Positions 26,647-34,565 of a stretch of 64,000 nucleotides of DNA are shown in pieces. This stretch comes from Candidatus Eiseniibacteriota bacterium (lineage in GTDB: Bacteria; Eisenbacteria; RBG-16-71-46; JABDJR01): positions 1,120,001-1,184,000 of the forward strand of contig CAVXKA010000001.1 of NCBI GenBank assembly GCA_963762255.1, written 5' to 3'. Both the position numbers and the translations under genes were made by a program. Numbering within the stretch: the stretch's first letter is position 1; every line of letters starts with the position of its first letter. Under the pieces are notes generated by a model. The model was not told where the DNA came from, searched no databases, and was given only the letters and a program-made list of their open reading frames with translations.

Positions 26647-28335
26647 TCAGTGCCCGCCGAGGGGAAGGCGCAACTCGAGCGGAGGAAGACCGCGCACCGG
26701 CTCGCCTCTTGGGGTCACGCGCAGGACGAGAGTCGCCCCGTCCTCGGCGATTGCGGCGGTGACCGCCACCTCCGCGCCCTCCGAGGTCGCGGTGAGAACC
26801 TCGAGGCCGGCGGCAAGCTGCACCGCCGTTTCCTCCGGACCTTGCGTCGGTCCCATCCAGTGCAGCAGGTGATCGATGAGCGCAGTGACGCGGGCGGTGA
26901 AGACCTGATAGGGGAGGGAGACCCGGAGCGCCTGCGCGCGCCGGTCCGAGCTCCCGTCGGGCGCGCTCGCCGCCGCGACCGAGGGAGCGGTCGGGAGAAA
27001 GGCCCGGTCGCGGTTCCGCGCGCAGGCCAGGGGCGCAAGCCCCGCGCGCGAAAGCTCCAGCACTCGATTCTCGGGCAGGAGCATCTCCAGCGGAATCTGC
27101 ACCGGTTCGCCGCCGCGCAACGCCAGAAGCCGTACGGGCAGATCGTTCACCTCGGCGGCGGCAGCCGGGCCGGTGATTGCCGCGCCCCACCCGTCCCGGA
27201 TCGCGGCCTCGGCGATCAGGGAGCCAACGATCCATGCCGGCCTCCCCCACAGGTAGACCGGCTCACGATCGGGCGGATTCTCCTCGAAGGCGAACCCCTT
27301 CACCCGATCCTGCTCCGCGCCGTAGGGAAGACGCAGGAGGAACGGGTTGGCCGCGAGCGTGAGCCACCGCGCGGCGGGGTCCGATCGCAGCGCCGTCCAT
27401 CCCGGGGGCGGGGATTCGTTCAGCAGCTCGTCGACCGCTCCGAGCGACTGGATCTCCTTCCAGGAGCTCAGCCCCAGGAGCCGGGGGTCGGCCGAAGCCA
27501 CCACCGGGATGCGGGCTTCCTCGGCGACGCCGGCCAGCTCCCTGGCCTCGGCCAGAGACGCCTCGTCCCCGCCGAAATCCGCATCCACCAGCGCCACCAC
27601 AGTACGTGCCTCGGCGCGCATCTCCACGGCGAGCGGAAGCAGGATGTTTCTGAAAGCATCCACGCGCTCGCCGGCGGGCGCGCTCAACACGTGCACACGG
27701 AAGCCGGAGCGCGAGTCGAGCCGGCGAAGCAGGAAGGCGAGCCCGCGCCACGCCGACTCCAGCGCGCGAAGACGCGGTTCGTGCAGCGTCTGTCGCAGCC
27801 CCTCGGCGGCGGCCGCGTCCTGGCTTGCGCTCTGTTCCGAGGGCTGGGTTGGGTTGCGGACCACGCCTCCGCCCGCGATTTCCTGGATCAGCCGGTCGAG
27901 AGACCGCAACGCATCCTGTGTTTCCGTTGCGCCCGTTTCCGCCGTCGAGCCGTCCACGTCCACGAGGTCGAAGAGTTCGCCTGCCTTGGGAGGTTGGGGC
28001 GAAGGCGAAGTCTGAGGCGGCGGCGCGGCCGGCGGTGGCGCTGAAGGCGGCGCGGCCTCCGGCAGCGCGGCGGGCGGCACGGATACGACACGGCGCGGGA
28101 GCGCTTCCGGGCGGAAGGCGCGGAGTTCATCGAAACGCAGGCTGACCGCCTTGCCGCCACCGATGTCGATCGACAGGGTGGGCGCGGCCTCCTTCAGCAA
28201 ATCCCCGAAGCTTGCCGCGTCGACCCGATGCGGTCGCAGGCGCAGCGGTGCATCTGCCGGGCCTTCGGGGAGGAAATCGGCCAGGACCAGGAGATCGAAG
28301 GGGGTCTCGCGTCCCGAGGGCCCGATCGCGCTCAT
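26647..28335 (-). CDS. Single-chain TssB-TssC-like sheath protein (copy 1, 562 aa) with a Pro-rich linker
   Basis: 'PFDLLVLADF...VDAASF...LRFDELRAFRPEAL' aligns by eye with the local TssB. 'LESAWRGL', 'PFLLRLPYG', 'YLWG' align with the local TssC. Confidence 0.82.
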   Translation of the reverse strand: MSAIGPSGRETPFDLLVLADFLPEGPADAPLRLRPHRVDAASFGDLLKEAAPTLSIDIGGGKAVSLRFDELRAFRPEALPRRVVSVPPAALPEAAPPSAPPPAAPPPQTSPSPQPPKAGELFDLVDVDGSTAETGATETQDALRSLDRLIQEIAGGGVVRNPTQPSEQSASQDAAAAEGLRQTLHEPRLRALESAWRGLAFLLRRLDSRSGFRVHVLSAPAGERVDAFRNILLPLAVEMRAEARTVVALVDADFGGDEASLAEARELAGVAEEARIPVVASADPRLLGLSSWKEIQSLGAVDELLNESPPPGWTALRSDPAARWLTLAANPFLLRLPYGAEQDRVKGFAFEENPPDREPVYLWGRPAWIVGSLIAEAAIRDGWGAAITGPAAAAEVNDLPVRLLALRGGEPVQIPLEMLLPENRVLELSRAGLAPLACARNRDRAFLPTAPSVAAASAPDGSSDRRAQALRVSLPYQVFTARVTALIDHLLHWMGPTQGPEETAVQLAAGLEVLTATSEGAEVAVTAAIAEDGATLVLRVTPRGEPVRGLPPLELRLPLGGH

Positions 28336-28369
28336 CGCCGCCTCGCTTCCCGAACGCCGCTCGCGCGCA

Positions 28370-31300
28370 TCACTTCACCGGCTTCGCGGACTCGGAATAA
28401 GTCGCGGTGCAGAAGATGGTCGGGCAATTCGGCCCCAGACCCACGTTGCAGGTCCAGGTCCCGCTCGTAGCCGGAGGCGTGAACCAGACCACGAAGGTGT
28501 AGGACTGCCCCGGTCCCAGCGAGAAGGGCTCAGCCGGGAACTCGTAGGTGTCGTCGGTGAGCGAGTAATTGGGGCAGTTCACTGTCGGGAAACCGCTAAG
28601 GATTCCCGATCCGGTATTGGTGACCGTGACCTCTTCGGTAAGGGAGAAGTCGTAGGTGGTCCCCATATCGATATAGGTCCCGGGGTAGATCGAGCAGACC
28701 GCCGCGGACCCCGTGACCGGCACGGGTTGGCACTGAGTGCCGGTCGCGAGGGAGCAGGCGTACGTACCTCCGGCGTCCGGCTGGAACCGCACGGTCACGT
28801 TGCGCGACTGGCCCGCGCTCAGGTCGTACTTGCCCCCCCCCGAGACGATCCGGAATCCCGTGCAACTCTCCGTGACATCCCCGCTCAGGACGCCCCCTCC
28901 GATGTTCGTGATGGTCAGGTAGCCGTCCCGGTAGTAGCCGACCGTCACGGTGCCGAAGTCCAGGTTCTCGGTGCTGAGTGAACAGACCGGCGGGGGCTCG
29001 GCGGTGCACGCCACCTGACCGCAATCGCTTCCCAGGTTGATGTTGCAGTCGCCACCGGTGCCGGAGGCGCTGAAGTACTGCACGACCACGTCGCGGCTCG
29101 CTCCGGCACCCAGGCTGAACGACCCGCCGCCGCTGACGATGGAGTACGTGAAGCAGCTCTCGACGATCAAGCCGGTCACGAACCCGCCGCCGATGTTGGT
29201 AATCGTGAAGCTCCGTTGCACCGCCACCCCGGCAGGGGGAGCGCCGAAGTCGAGGCTTGTGGTGCTGAGCGAGCAGGCGGGTGCGGGTTGGGCGGTGCAC
29301 GCCACCTGGCCGCAATCGCTTCCCAGGCTCAAGTTGCAGTCGCCGCCGCTGCCGGATGAACTCAGGTACTGCACGATCACGTCGCGGCTTGCCTGCGCGC
29401 CGAGGCTGAACGAGCCGCCGCCGCTGACGATGCTGAAGTCGGGGCAGCTCTCGACGATCGAGCCGGTCACGAAGCCGCTGCCGATGTTGGTGATCGTGAA
29501 GCTCCGTTGCACCGCCGCCCCGGCAAGGGGAGCGCCGAAGTCGAGGCTTGTGGTGCTGAGCGAGCAGACCGGTGCGGGCTGGGCGGTGCACGCCACCTGG
29601 CCGCAATCGCTTCCCAGGCTGATGCTGCAGTTACCACCGGTGCCGGAGGCGCTGGAGTACTGCACGATTACGTCGCGGCTTGCCTGCGCGCCGAGGCTGA
29701 ACGACCCGCCGCCGCTGACAATGCTGAAGTCGGAGCAGCTCTCGACGATCGAGCCGGTCACGAAGCCGCCGCCGATGTTGGTGATCGTGAAGCTCCGTTG
29801 CACCGCCACCCCGGCAGGAGGAGCGCCGAAGTCGAGGCTTGTGGTGCTGAGCGAGCAATCCGCCGGTGCCGTGCCGACGCCGGAGAGGGGAACCCCTTCG
29901 CACGCGGTGCCGGTGGACACCGTGCAGGCGAACGCCCCGACCTCAACAGGCGCGAAGCGCACGGTCACGCTGACCGATTGGCCCGCCCCCAGGCTGAAGC
30001 CGCCGCCGCCCGAAACGAGAGTGAAGCCCGCGCACTGGGAAAGGCTCACCGTGCCGGTGAGCGTGCCGCTGCCGTCGTTGGTGATGACGAAGGTCTTCGA
30101 CGTTTCGGTCCGCACTTCCATCGCGTCGAAGTCGAGCGCCGACGGTCTGATCAGGCACTTCGGTGAGATCTCCCCGACCCCGGCAAGCTGGACCGCGGTG
30201 CAGGCGGTGCCCAGCTCGAGCTGGCAGGAGTAGGGGCCGGCGGCAGTCGGGAAGAAACGGACCGTGATCGAACGCGATTGATCCGCCCCCAGGCTGAAGT
30301 CGCCGCCGCCCGAAACGAGCGTGAAGCCCGCGCACTGGGAAAGGCTCACTGTGCCGGTGAGCGTGCCGCCGCCAGTGTTGGTGAGCTGAAGGGTGGTGGT
30401 ACTTTCCGTCCCCGCTTCGACGATTCCGAAGTCGAACCCGGGCGGTTGGACAACGCAGGCGGAAAGCGCCTCCCCCGTTCCAGTGAGAGAAACTGCGTCG
30501 CACTGCGTGCCCAACCCCACTTCGCAGGCGTGCGAGCCGACGTCGTCGGGGGAGAACTCCACGGTGACGGAGCGCGACTGCCCCTGTGTCAGGGAGAAGC
30601 TCCCGGCGCCGGAGAGCACGGAGTATCCCGCGCAATTCCCCAGGGACACCTCCCCGGTCAGGATGCCGCCGCCGGTGTTGGTCAAGGTGAAACTCCAGGT
30701 CGACCTGCTTCCCACCGCGCGCGGGCCGAAGTCGTGGCTCCCTTCCGAGAGCGAGCAGACAGGCGAAAGCTCCAGCGTCGAGCGCGTGGCCTCGGGGGTC
30801 CACGCGGACGTGTCGGCCCCGTCGAAAGCGCGCAGCCGATAGGTGTAGCTTGTCCCCGGTTGGAGATCGCCGTCGTCGAAGCTCCGGTCCGAGGGATCGG
30901 GGAGCCCGGCACGAATCCAGGGTCTGTCGCCCTGGCGCCGGTCGAGCTGAAACCCGGCCGGGTCGCGACTCGCAAAGGCCCACGTGATCCGGATCCCGGA
31001 AGACGAGAGCGTGACCGCCGTCAAGTTCTCCGGAGTCGGGATCGGGGTGTGGCCAACAGCGATGTTGGACCAATCCGAAACCCCGGCCGAGCCCTCGGCC
31101 CGCCCCCGGTACTCGTAGGTAGTCCGGTCGGCGAGGCCGGCATCGGTGTAGCTCACCTCACCCGAGAAACTCCCGGTGAGATGGGTGACCTCGGTGAACG
31201 TCTCCTCTCCCGCAACTCGCCGCAGGAGGCGGTAGCTGGTCTCGTTCTCCGCGTTGTCCTGCCAGGTGAGAAGGATCGAGGTTGCCGAAATCGGCTGCGC

Positions 31301-31789
31301 AACAAGCTCGCTGGGGGCGAGTGGAGGCTGAGCGTCGACGAGCATGAGCGTCACGGTGGCCGTCTCCCCCGAGCCCACCCCTTCGATCCCGGCTTCCCCC
31401 TCGTAGAGAACCACCCCGCCCCCCAGCGCCTCCACCCGCACGCGGTAGAGGTCGGCCGGAGGGACCTGGAGTTCCAGGCTGAAGGTGGAGTCCTCAGGGG
31501 CGATGTCATCGTTGGCCTGCGCCTGGAGCACCTCGGATTCGTCGGGCAATACCTCCCATGCGAAGGCCCGCACCCGATCGATCGGGGCCGCCTGTGCAAG
31601 AGGCTGGACCGGGGTCTCATCGAGGAAGACCACCTGCAATCGGAGCGACGCGACCGCCCCCGGCCTCGCCGCGTTGTGGTCCCCGCAGCCGAGGGAGAGC
31701 CACAGCATCGCCAGGATCGCGATCGAGATCCCGAAGTAGTGACGGGAGCGCATGGTGATAGGCCTTCCGATGTGCATCGCGCGCTTCAC
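28370..31789 (-). CDS. Large surface lipoprotein with two FN3 domains and eight Cys-containing ASH/HYDIN-like (choice-of-anchor D) Ig domains
   Basis: Lipobox LSLGC; FN3 motifs 'LTWQDNAENETSY', 'YTDAGL..TTYEYR'; eight 'C...DFG...TITNxGGG.LTG' units. Confidence 0.8.
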   Translation of the reverse strand: MKRAMHIGRPITMRSRHYFGISIAILAMLWLSLGCGDHNAARPGAVASLRLQVVFLDETPVQPLAQAAPIDRVRAFAWEVLPDESEVLQAQANDDIAPEDSTFSLELQVPPADLYRVRVEALGGGVVLYEGEAGIEGVGSGETATVTLMLVDAQPPLAPSELVAQPISATSILLTWQDNAENETSYRLLRRVAGEETFTEVTHLTGSFSGEVSYTDAGLADRTTYEYRGRAEGSAGVSDWSNIAVGHTPIPTPENLTAVTLSSSGIRITWAFASRDPAGFQLDRRQGDRPWIRAGLPDPSDRSFDDGDLQPGTSYTYRLRAFDGADTSAWTPEATRSTLELSPVCSLSEGSHDFGPRAVGSRSTWSFTLTNTGGGILTGEVSLGNCAGYSVLSGAGSFSLTQGQSRSVTVEFSPDDVGSHACEVGLGTQCDAVSLTGTGEALSACVVQPPGFDFGIVEAGTESTTTLQLTNTGGGTLTGTVSLSQCAGFTLVSGGGDFSLGADQSRSITVRFFPTAAGPYSCQLELGTACTAVQLAGVGEISPKCLIRPSALDFDAMEVRTETSKTFVITNDGSGTLTGTVSLSQCAGFTLVSGGGGFSLGAGQSVSVTVRFAPVEVGAFACTVSTGTACEGVPLSGVGTAPADCSLSTTSLDFGAPPAGVAVQRSFTITNIGGGFVTGSIVESCSDFSIVSGGGSFSLGAQASRDVIVQYSSASGTGGNCSISLGSDCGQVACTAQPAPVCSLSTTSLDFGAPLAGAAVQRSFTITNIGSGFVTGSIVESCPDFSIVSGGGSFSLGAQASRDVIVQYLSSSGSGGDCNLSLGSDCGQVACTAQPAPACSLSTTSLDFGAPPAGVAVQRSFTITNIGGGFVTGLIVESCFTYSIVSGGGSFSLGAGASRDVVVQYFSASGTGGDCNINLGSDCGQVACTAEPPPVCSLSTENLDFGTVTVGYYRDGYLTITNIGGGVLSGDVTESCTGFRIVSGGGKYDLSAGQSRNVTVRFQPDAGGTYACSLATGTQCQPVPVTGSAAVCSIYPGTYIDMGTTYDFSLTEEVTVTNTGSGILSGFPTVNCPNYSLTDDTYEFPAEPFSLGPGQSYTFVVWFTPPATSGTWTCNVGLGPNCPTIFCTATYSESAKPVK
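28968..29857. repeat. Three near-identical 291-bp (97-aa) tandem units inside the ASH-domain gene
   Basis: GTGGTGCTGAGCGAGCA occurs at 29259, 29550 and 29841 (period 291), with a diverged copy at 28968. Confidence 0.9.
29985..30370. repeat. Partial direct repeat with a 300-bp period (ASH domains 2 and 3)
   Basis: CGCCGCCGCCCGAAACGAG.GTGAAGCCCGCGCACTGGGAAAGGCTCAC.GTGCCGGTGAGCGTGCCGC occurs at 30001 and 30301. Confidence 0.8.
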
Positions 31790-32934
31790 AGCGTTCGCAT
31801 CGACAGGGTGAGCCCCACCGAGGTGCCGGTGAGCTTGTCGTCGGGTTCCCCTTCCCCACCTCCATCCAACTTGCCGCCGAGCCGCATCGCTTCAAGACGG
31901 AGCCGTCCACGGGTGCCGAGTTGGAACTCCAGCATCGGGCCTACCCCGTAGGTGTGGCCGTCCCAGGTCGGCGTATCGCTTCCGGTGATCTGGTTCCACT
32001 CGGAGGTCACCCCGGCTCGCACGCGCGTTCCGAGGGGCAGGCTGGCCTGCATGCGCGCCTGGACCGCGTTGCCGGAACTCGCCTTGAGTTCCTCCACGCT
32101 CTCCCCCCCGCTCGCCCGGACGGTGTTCTCCGCCTTGAGGACGGTCAGGGCCAGCGCCTCCACGCGCACACCGTTGCCTCCGCTCCGGCCCGCGGCCTGG
32201 AGCTCGAGCTGGTTGCCTTCCTCGAACAAGGTCGCGCCGTCGAGTTCGTCCTTTCCATAGATGCGATACACCGCATCCAGGCGAAGGAGGGCGGCGGGAC
32301 GATCCGCCGAGCCTCCCCCGAGATCGAGGCCGGCGGATGCCGAGACCTCGGGAGCGGGGCGGTAGTCACCGCCCCCCGCGAAAAGCGTGTAGCTCCCGCG
32401 GCGCACGAACCCTCCGCCCAGAGCGAATCGCGCGCGCGGAGCCAGCGGGAACGCGACGGCGAGTCCGCCGCTCAGGTTTAACCCTGCGCCGTAGTCCTTG
32501 GCGCGGAAGCCGAGGACCGGCAGCGCCAGCGTGCGCGCCACGGCGAACTCCTCCGTGTCGAGCTCGGTCGACCCGGTCGGAAAGCCGGCGCCGGCCTGCA
32601 CGAGGAGCCGGTCGTGCAGCAGGCGGATGAAGAGCTGCGCGTTGAGATCGGCGGCGCCGCCCAGCGAGGACGAGGATCCCTCGGCGGGGTCCACCGAGGC
32701 GAACGCACCGGATCCGGAGAGGACGAGGTCGGCTTGGCGGCCGATGCCGACCGTGGCCACAACCGGAAGATGGAGTTGGTCGATCGTGCCGGTCTCCGCG
32801 CCCCCGCGTTTCACGGTCCAACTCCGGTAGCTCCCGGGAATGCGCAAGGTGCCCGATGCATCCGCCAACGCGGGCATCATAGCGACGAGGAGCGCGGGCA
32901 GGAGAAGCGCGACGATGCTATAGCGCCGAATCAT
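31786..32934 (-). CDS. Putative outer-membrane beta-barrel protein
   Basis: Sec signal peptide (MIRRYSIVALLLPALLVAMMPALA) and amphipathic beta-strands throughout. ATGA and GTGA coupling to both neighbours. Confidence 0.65.
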   Translation of the reverse strand: MIRRYSIVALLLPALLVAMMPALADASGTLRIPGSYRSWTVKRGGAETGTIDQLHLPVVATVGIGRQADLVLSGSGAFASVDPAEGSSSSLGGAADLNAQLFIRLLHDRLLVQAGAGFPTGSTELDTEEFAVARTLALPVLGFRAKDYGAGLNLSGGLAVAFPLAPRARFALGGGFVRRGSYTLFAGGGDYRPAPEVSASAGLDLGGGSADRPAALLRLDAVYRIYGKDELDGATLFEEGNQLELQAAGRSGGNGVRVEALALTVLKAENTVRASGGESVEELKASSGNAVQARMQASLPLGTRVRAGVTSEWNQITGSDTPTWDGHTYGVGPMLEFQLGTRGRLRLEAMRLGGKLDGGGEGEPDDKLTGTSVGLTLSMRTL

Positions 32935-34565
32935 CGCTGCCTCCTCGGGAGGTCCCCGCCGATGAGAATGGTCCCGGTCAGGCCGTCTCCCTCGCCGAAC
33001 TTCTCGGTCTGCGTCACGGTGGGATCCCGGTCCGCCCATCGATCGAGGTCCGGCCCGGGCCCGAGGCCGGTCCATGCGCCGGTGCGCAGGAGCCGGTCGG
33101 CATCGCCTGCAGGAGCGGATGGCATCGTCTGCTCGAGTTCGGCGTGATCGACGCGGGTCTGGTCGTCGGGGGTAACCTCGGCGACATCGCGCGACTCGCG
33201 GGCTTCCTGGAACCCCGGGTCCCTGCTCAGGGCTTCCTTGAACGCGGCCAGCGCCTCCTCACTGCGGCCCTGATCTTCGAGCACCAATCCCTGAGACCAA
33301 GCCATGAACGCGCCGAAGTTGTCGGTGGCGATCCGCGAGATCGCGCGGCGCTCCTCCTCGGTGGGGGTCACGCCGAGGGCGGCCAGGATCTGCGCGAGAA
33401 GGTCCTTTTCCAGATGCAGGATACGGTTGAGCGGTCCGCTCACCGGGTTTCCCGCCGGCGCAAGAGTCCCTTCGCGCGTCGCCACGAGCGACGCGTCGAG
33501 GCGAACGTCACGTTCGCCCAACGGGGTGAAGGCCCCCTGCACGAAACGCCGGGCGCCGAGGATCTTCCCGAGCCGGGGCGCGGAGTCGGGGGCCACCGCG
33601 GTGACGATGGGAGCCTCGGCCGGCGCGAGCGCATCCATCGCCGACTTCATCGTAGCTTCGGTGCGCGGCCCGACGAGGCCGTCCGCGGTCAATCCGTGAT
33701 CGGTCTGGAACGCGCGCACCGACTCCACGAGCGCGGGGCTGCCCTGATCGTCCATGGCGCCGGTGAAATAGGGCTTCCCGGTGTCGGGGTCGATCAGCGC
33801 GGCGAGGCGCTCCTTGAGCCCCATCGCGGTGTCGATCGCATGCAACCGCGACGGGGTGGTAGCGGCCATTGCTGGCGGCTGCGCAAGGTCCAACTCGTCC
33901 AGCAGCACCTGCAGGCGGTCGCGCTCGAGCACGCGGAACTCGCCCACCTTGGAGAGATCGGTGACGAGGATCGCGGCCAGGCCCCGGGACAATGGGGCCA
34001 GGGTGTCGCTCGCCGCCACGTTGACGAAGTCCGGGACGGCCAGCGTGTTCTCGGGGATGGAACTCGCCGAGAGGCTCGCCTCCCGGGCCACCGCCGCCTT
34101 CACCTCGGCTTGCGCGCGCCGCCGGCTGATCTCGTTCAACCGCGCGCGCACCGCGGACGCATATTTGCCGTCTAGGTCGAGATACGCGCCGTATGCCTTG
34201 GCCGATCGGTCCAGTTGCCCGGTCGCCTCTGCGGCCCGCCCCAGATGGAACGCGGTCATGGAGTCCTTGGGATTTGCCTGCCAGGCCTTCTCCAAGGTCG
34301 TCACCGCCTCCTTGGTCTGTCCGGTTTCGAGAAGGGCGATGCCCAGGTTTCGGTTGAGAATCGCGTCGTCGGGCCGGGTCGCCAGCGCTTCGCGGAGCAC
34401 CGGCACCGCGGCCGTGTAATCGCCGCGGCGGAGGAGGTCGTCGCCGGGGCCTTGGGGGGCGGTCGCGCAGCCGGCGGCGAGGAGGCCGACCGCGAGGAGG
34501 GAGATCCGGATCGCGTTTGGGCCCCGCCACAGGATCGGACGCGGGTGATGCGTAGGCGACATCAC
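32931..34565 (-). CDS. TPR-repeat lipoprotein with a CsgG/TolB-N-like domain containing an inserted peptidoglycan-binding domain
   Basis: Lipobox LAAGC; TPRs; 'TLAVPDF.N...GLAAILVTDL...VLERDRLQVLLDEL...APRLGKILGA'; PG_binding_1-like 'VRAFQTDHGLTADGLVGPRT'; C-terminal TPR. Confidence 0.75.
   Translation of the reverse strand: MMSPTHHPRPILWRGPNAIRISLLAVGLLAAGCATAPQGPGDDLLRRGDYTAAVPVLREALATRPDDAILNRNLGIALLETGQTKEAVTTLEKAWQANPKDSMTAFHLGRAAEATGQLDRSAKAYGAYLDLDGKYASAVRARLNEISRRRAQAEVKAAVAREASLSASSIPENTLAVPDFVNVAASDTLAPLSRGLAAILVTDLSKVGEFRVLERDRLQVLLDELDLAQPPAMAATTPSRLHAIDTAMGLKERLAALIDPDTGKPYFTGAMDDQGSPALVESVRAFQTDHGLTADGLVGPRTEATMKSAMDALAPAEAPIVTAVAPDSAPRLGKILGARRFVQGAFTPLGERDVRLDASLVATREGTLAPAGNPVSGPLNRILHLEKDLLAQILAALGVTPTEEERRAISRIATDNFGAFMAWSQGLVLEDQGRSEEALAAFKEALSRDPGFQEARESRDVAEVTPDDQTRVDHAELEQTMPSAPAGDADRLLRTGAWTGLGPGPDLDRWADRDPTVTQTEKFGEGDGLTGTILIGGDLPRRQR

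Noticed and set aside
21072-28335. Independent second T6SS, eCIS or prophage tail
   Set aside because: The operon has no tube, baseplate wedge, gp27 hub, tape measure or ATPase genes. Treated as an accessory module instead.
28968-29857. Repeats as a CRISPR array or DGR template/variable repeat
   Set aside because: They are contiguous 291-bp in-frame coding units without spacers. No cas or reverse transcriptase gene is present.
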